The notes below the pieces were generated by a model. It saw nothing but the letters and a program-made list of their open reading frames with translations. It did not search any database and was not told where the DNA came from. A DNA stretch of 63,391 nt, counting the filler, from Candidatus Fermentibacterota bacterium (GTDB lineage: Bacteria; JAFGKV01): assembly GCA_016928395.1 (NCBI GenBank). It is 6 parts of 6 records of this genome, joined end to end, with 100 filler letters (N's around TTAATTAATTAA, not from the genome) between each part and the next. Parts side by side here need not be neighbours in the genome. Positions count along the whole stretch, not along the records: positions 60,015 to 63,391 come from JAFGKV010000223.1; 5 more parts are not named here. The stretch is one strand, 5' to 3'. Below are positions 61,426 through 63,391 of this stretch, piece after piece (the stretch's first letter is position 1; the number at the start of each line of letters is the position of its first letter). The translations under genes and the position numbers were made by a program.

Positions 61426-62628
61426 ATCACTCGCTACACGGTTGCAGTTGTCGGCGGAGGAATCGTTGGTGCGGCAACGGCCATGAGCCTGCTGGATCCG
61501 CCCGGTTCCACGGTGATCCTGCTGGAGGCCGAGGATCGGCTGGCGGCCCATCAAACCGGCAACAACAGCGGAGTGATTCACTCCGGTCTCTACTACAGGC
61601 CCGGCTCGCTCAAGGCCGCCAATTGTGTGAAGGGCCGTGAGCGGCTCTACCGGTTCTGCAGGGAGTACGGGGTGCCCCATGAGCGATGCGGCAAGATTGT
61701 GGTGGCGACTCGCCAGGATGAGCTCTTGCGCCTGGACGAGCTGTTCCGTCGGGGCACGGCCAACGGATTGACCGGCATCAGGCGCATCGGCCCTGACGAG
61801 ATCCCCGCCTATGAACCTCACGCAGCCGGGATCGCGGCGCTCGTGGTGCCAGATACCGGTATCGTCGATTACGCTGCGGTGACCGAGGCCATGGCGGCCC
61901 GCATCCGGGGCGCCGGCGGCGAGATCAGGCTCTCATCACGGGTCATCGGGTGCCGCCGCGAGGGAACCGAGCTGGTACTGGAGACCGGCAGCGGCATTAT
62001 CCGGTGCATGAATCTCATCAACTGTGCCGGATTGCAGTCCGACCGACTGTCCCGCATCTGCGGCGTAGAACCGGGCGTGGCCATCATCCCGTTCCGGGGT
62101 GAGTACTACACCCTGCTCCCCCACCGCGCACATCTGGTTGGGAACCTCATCTATCCGGTGCCTGACCCACGGTTCCCCTTCTTGGGGGTACACTTCACCC
62201 GCATGATTGGCGGTGGGGTCGAAGCCGGGCCCAATGCGGTCCTTGCCTTGAAGCGCGAGGGATATCGCCGGACTGACGTCTCTCTGCGCGACTGCCTGGG
62301 CTTCGTGCGCTTCCCGGGATTCTGGCGCATGGGCTTGCGGCACTGGCGGATGGGGCTGGGAGAGGGATATCGCTCGCTGTCAAAGAGAGCATTCGTGCAG
62401 GCGCTTCGGCGATTGGTCCCGGATCTGACGGCGGCCGATGTGGCACCCGGTGGTGCCGGTGTCCGCGCCCAGGCGCTGGCCCCTGACGGCGCCCTGCTGG
62501 ATGACTTCAAGATCGTGCAGGCGCCAAGAATGATTCATGTGCTGAACGCGCCGTCGCCGGCGGCCACGGCAGCCTTGGCCATTGGCGACTCCCTCGCCCG
62601 TATTGCCAGGGAGCAGTTTGACGTATGA
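61426..62628 (+). CDS. lhgO: L-2-hydroxyglutarate oxidase, apparent non-canonical ATC start
   Basis: VAVVGGGIVG lies upstream of the first ATG; HQTGNNSGVIHSG.YY, PFRGEYY, PFLGVH, GVRAQA, NAPSPAAT. Confidence 0.9.
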   Translation: MTRYTVAVVGGGIVGAATAMSLLDPPGSTVILLEAEDRLAAHQTGNNSGVIHSGLYYRPGSLKAANCVKGRERLYRFCREYGVPHERCGKIVVATRQDELLRLDELFRRGTANGLTGIRRIGPDEIPAYEPHAAGIAALVVPDTGIVDYAAVTEAMAARIRGAGGEIRLSSRVIGCRREGTELVLETGSGIIRCMNLINCAGLQSDRLSRICGVEPGVAIIPFRGEYYTLLPHRAHLVGNLIYPVPDPRFPFLGVHFTRMIGGGVEAGPNAVLALKREGYRRTDVSLRDCLGFVRFPGFWRMGLRHWRMGLGEGYRSLSKRAFVQALRRLVPDLTAADVAPGGAGVRAQALAPDGALLDDFKIVQAPRMIHVLNAPSPAATAALAIGDSLARIAREQFDV

Positions 62629-62671
62629 GAAATCAGAGAACAAAGATGCCCCCTCAGCGCATGGAGACGAC

Positions 62672-63088
62672 ATGACCCCCGGCGTCGTCACCCCGGCCAA
62701 GCGGGAAGAACTGGCGGCGCGGATGGAGCGCCTTGGCATGCGAGAAGAAGACATAGAGGAATCCTTCGTTCGCGGTTCCGGGCCAGGCGGACAGAAGATC
62801 AACAAGACCTCGGTGTGCGTGGTGCTGACCCATCGCCCCAGCGGCCTCATGGTGCGATGCCAGGAGACGCGATCCCGAGAGTTGAATCGCTTTCTCGCGC
62901 GCCGTCGGCTTGCCGACAAGCTAGCGGAAACCATCGAAGGCGAACAGAGCCAGAGGAAGCAGCAGGCAGAGAAGATCAGGCGCCAGAAACGTCGCCGCTC
63001 GCGGCGCGCCAAGGAAAAGATGCTCAGCGACAAGCACGAGCAGGCGCGCAAGAAGGAGGCCCGGGGAGCCGTCGCGCCGGAGGAGTAG
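62672..63088 (+). CDS. Peptide chain release factor-like protein (RF-1 domain, ArfB-like)
   Basis: FVRGSGPGGQKINKTS, CQETRSRELN, basic C-terminal tail; GGAG RBS. Confidence 0.88.
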   Translation: MTPGVVTPAKREELAARMERLGMREEDIEESFVRGSGPGGQKINKTSVCVVLTHRPSGLMVRCQETRSRELNRFLARRRLADKLAETIEGEQSQRKQQAEKIRRQKRRRSRRAKEKMLSDKHEQARKKEARGAVAPEE

Positions 63089-63204
63089 GACCGGCGCCCG
63101 AGACCTTGGTGAGATGTCAACATGGGCTGGATCCACAGGCGCAGGTTCCGAAGGTGCCGAACGAGAATTGGCGCATGTGGAGTGGGCACGTAGCCGCTGC
63201 GCGG

Positions 63205-63391
63205 CAGCTCTCAGCTATCAGCTTTCAGCCAGCCGACCGCCGCCCCATCTCCGCTTCGCTCGCAGGTGCCAGGGTTCAGGGTTCAGTGCGGCCTCTGAGG
63301 ACGCCGGGCTCCCTCAGAATTCTCAGGGTTGAGAGTACGCTACACAGTGGCAAATCGGTCGCCCTTCGCTGCACGGGCGGGCACAGAGTCC
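63205..63391 (+). repeat. Composite intergenic repeat copy J: GCT(A/C/T)TCA heptamers, CTTCG, GGGTTCA x2, GGTTGAGAGTAC unit, half REP
   Basis: Reverse complement of copies A and D. Confidence 0.9.

Overview
The window is a concatenation of six GC-rich bacterial contigs (1-18534, 18635-41499, 41600-52570, 52671-57098, 57199-59914, 60015-63391) joined by artificial N/TTAATTAATTAA spacers. Contigs 1, 2, 3 and 6 look like one diderm, probably anaerobic organism. They carry envelope and glycan genes (glmM-glmS-udk, three GT-C-like membrane proteins, Wzx, two radical SAM enzymes, GT2/GT4, a CDP-sugar epimerase, dacB), add, a diguanylate cyclase, ettA, iorAB, a sugar ABC transporter coupled to a GHMP kinase, a FadL-type porin, a giant beta-helix surface protein, ppx, nadA, two Rrf2 regulators and lhgO. 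These four contigs also share a modular family of intergenic repeats at about 10 loci. The repeats combine telomere-like GGGTTC(A/G) heptamers, other 5-9-mer periodic tracts, GTAG-REP hairpins and GTACTCTC(A/C)ACC termini, lie mostly just downstream of stop codons, and show a strong strand bias. This family is the best candidate for an undescribed system. Contigs 4 and 5 lack these repeats and may come from other organisms. Contig 4 has an ECF sigma with a dockerin-tipped anti-sigma and an HDAC gene bracketed by two inverted ~98-bp MITEs. Contig 5 has a lipoprotein RNase/barstar pair and a clostripain. Other oddities are an SGNH hydrolase split at a G8 tract, an lhgO that appears to start at ATC, and a perfect 13-bp-arm palindrome upstream of threonine aldolase. 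No rRNA, tRNA, CRISPR array or intact transposase was recognised. All calls come from manual reading; no searches were run.
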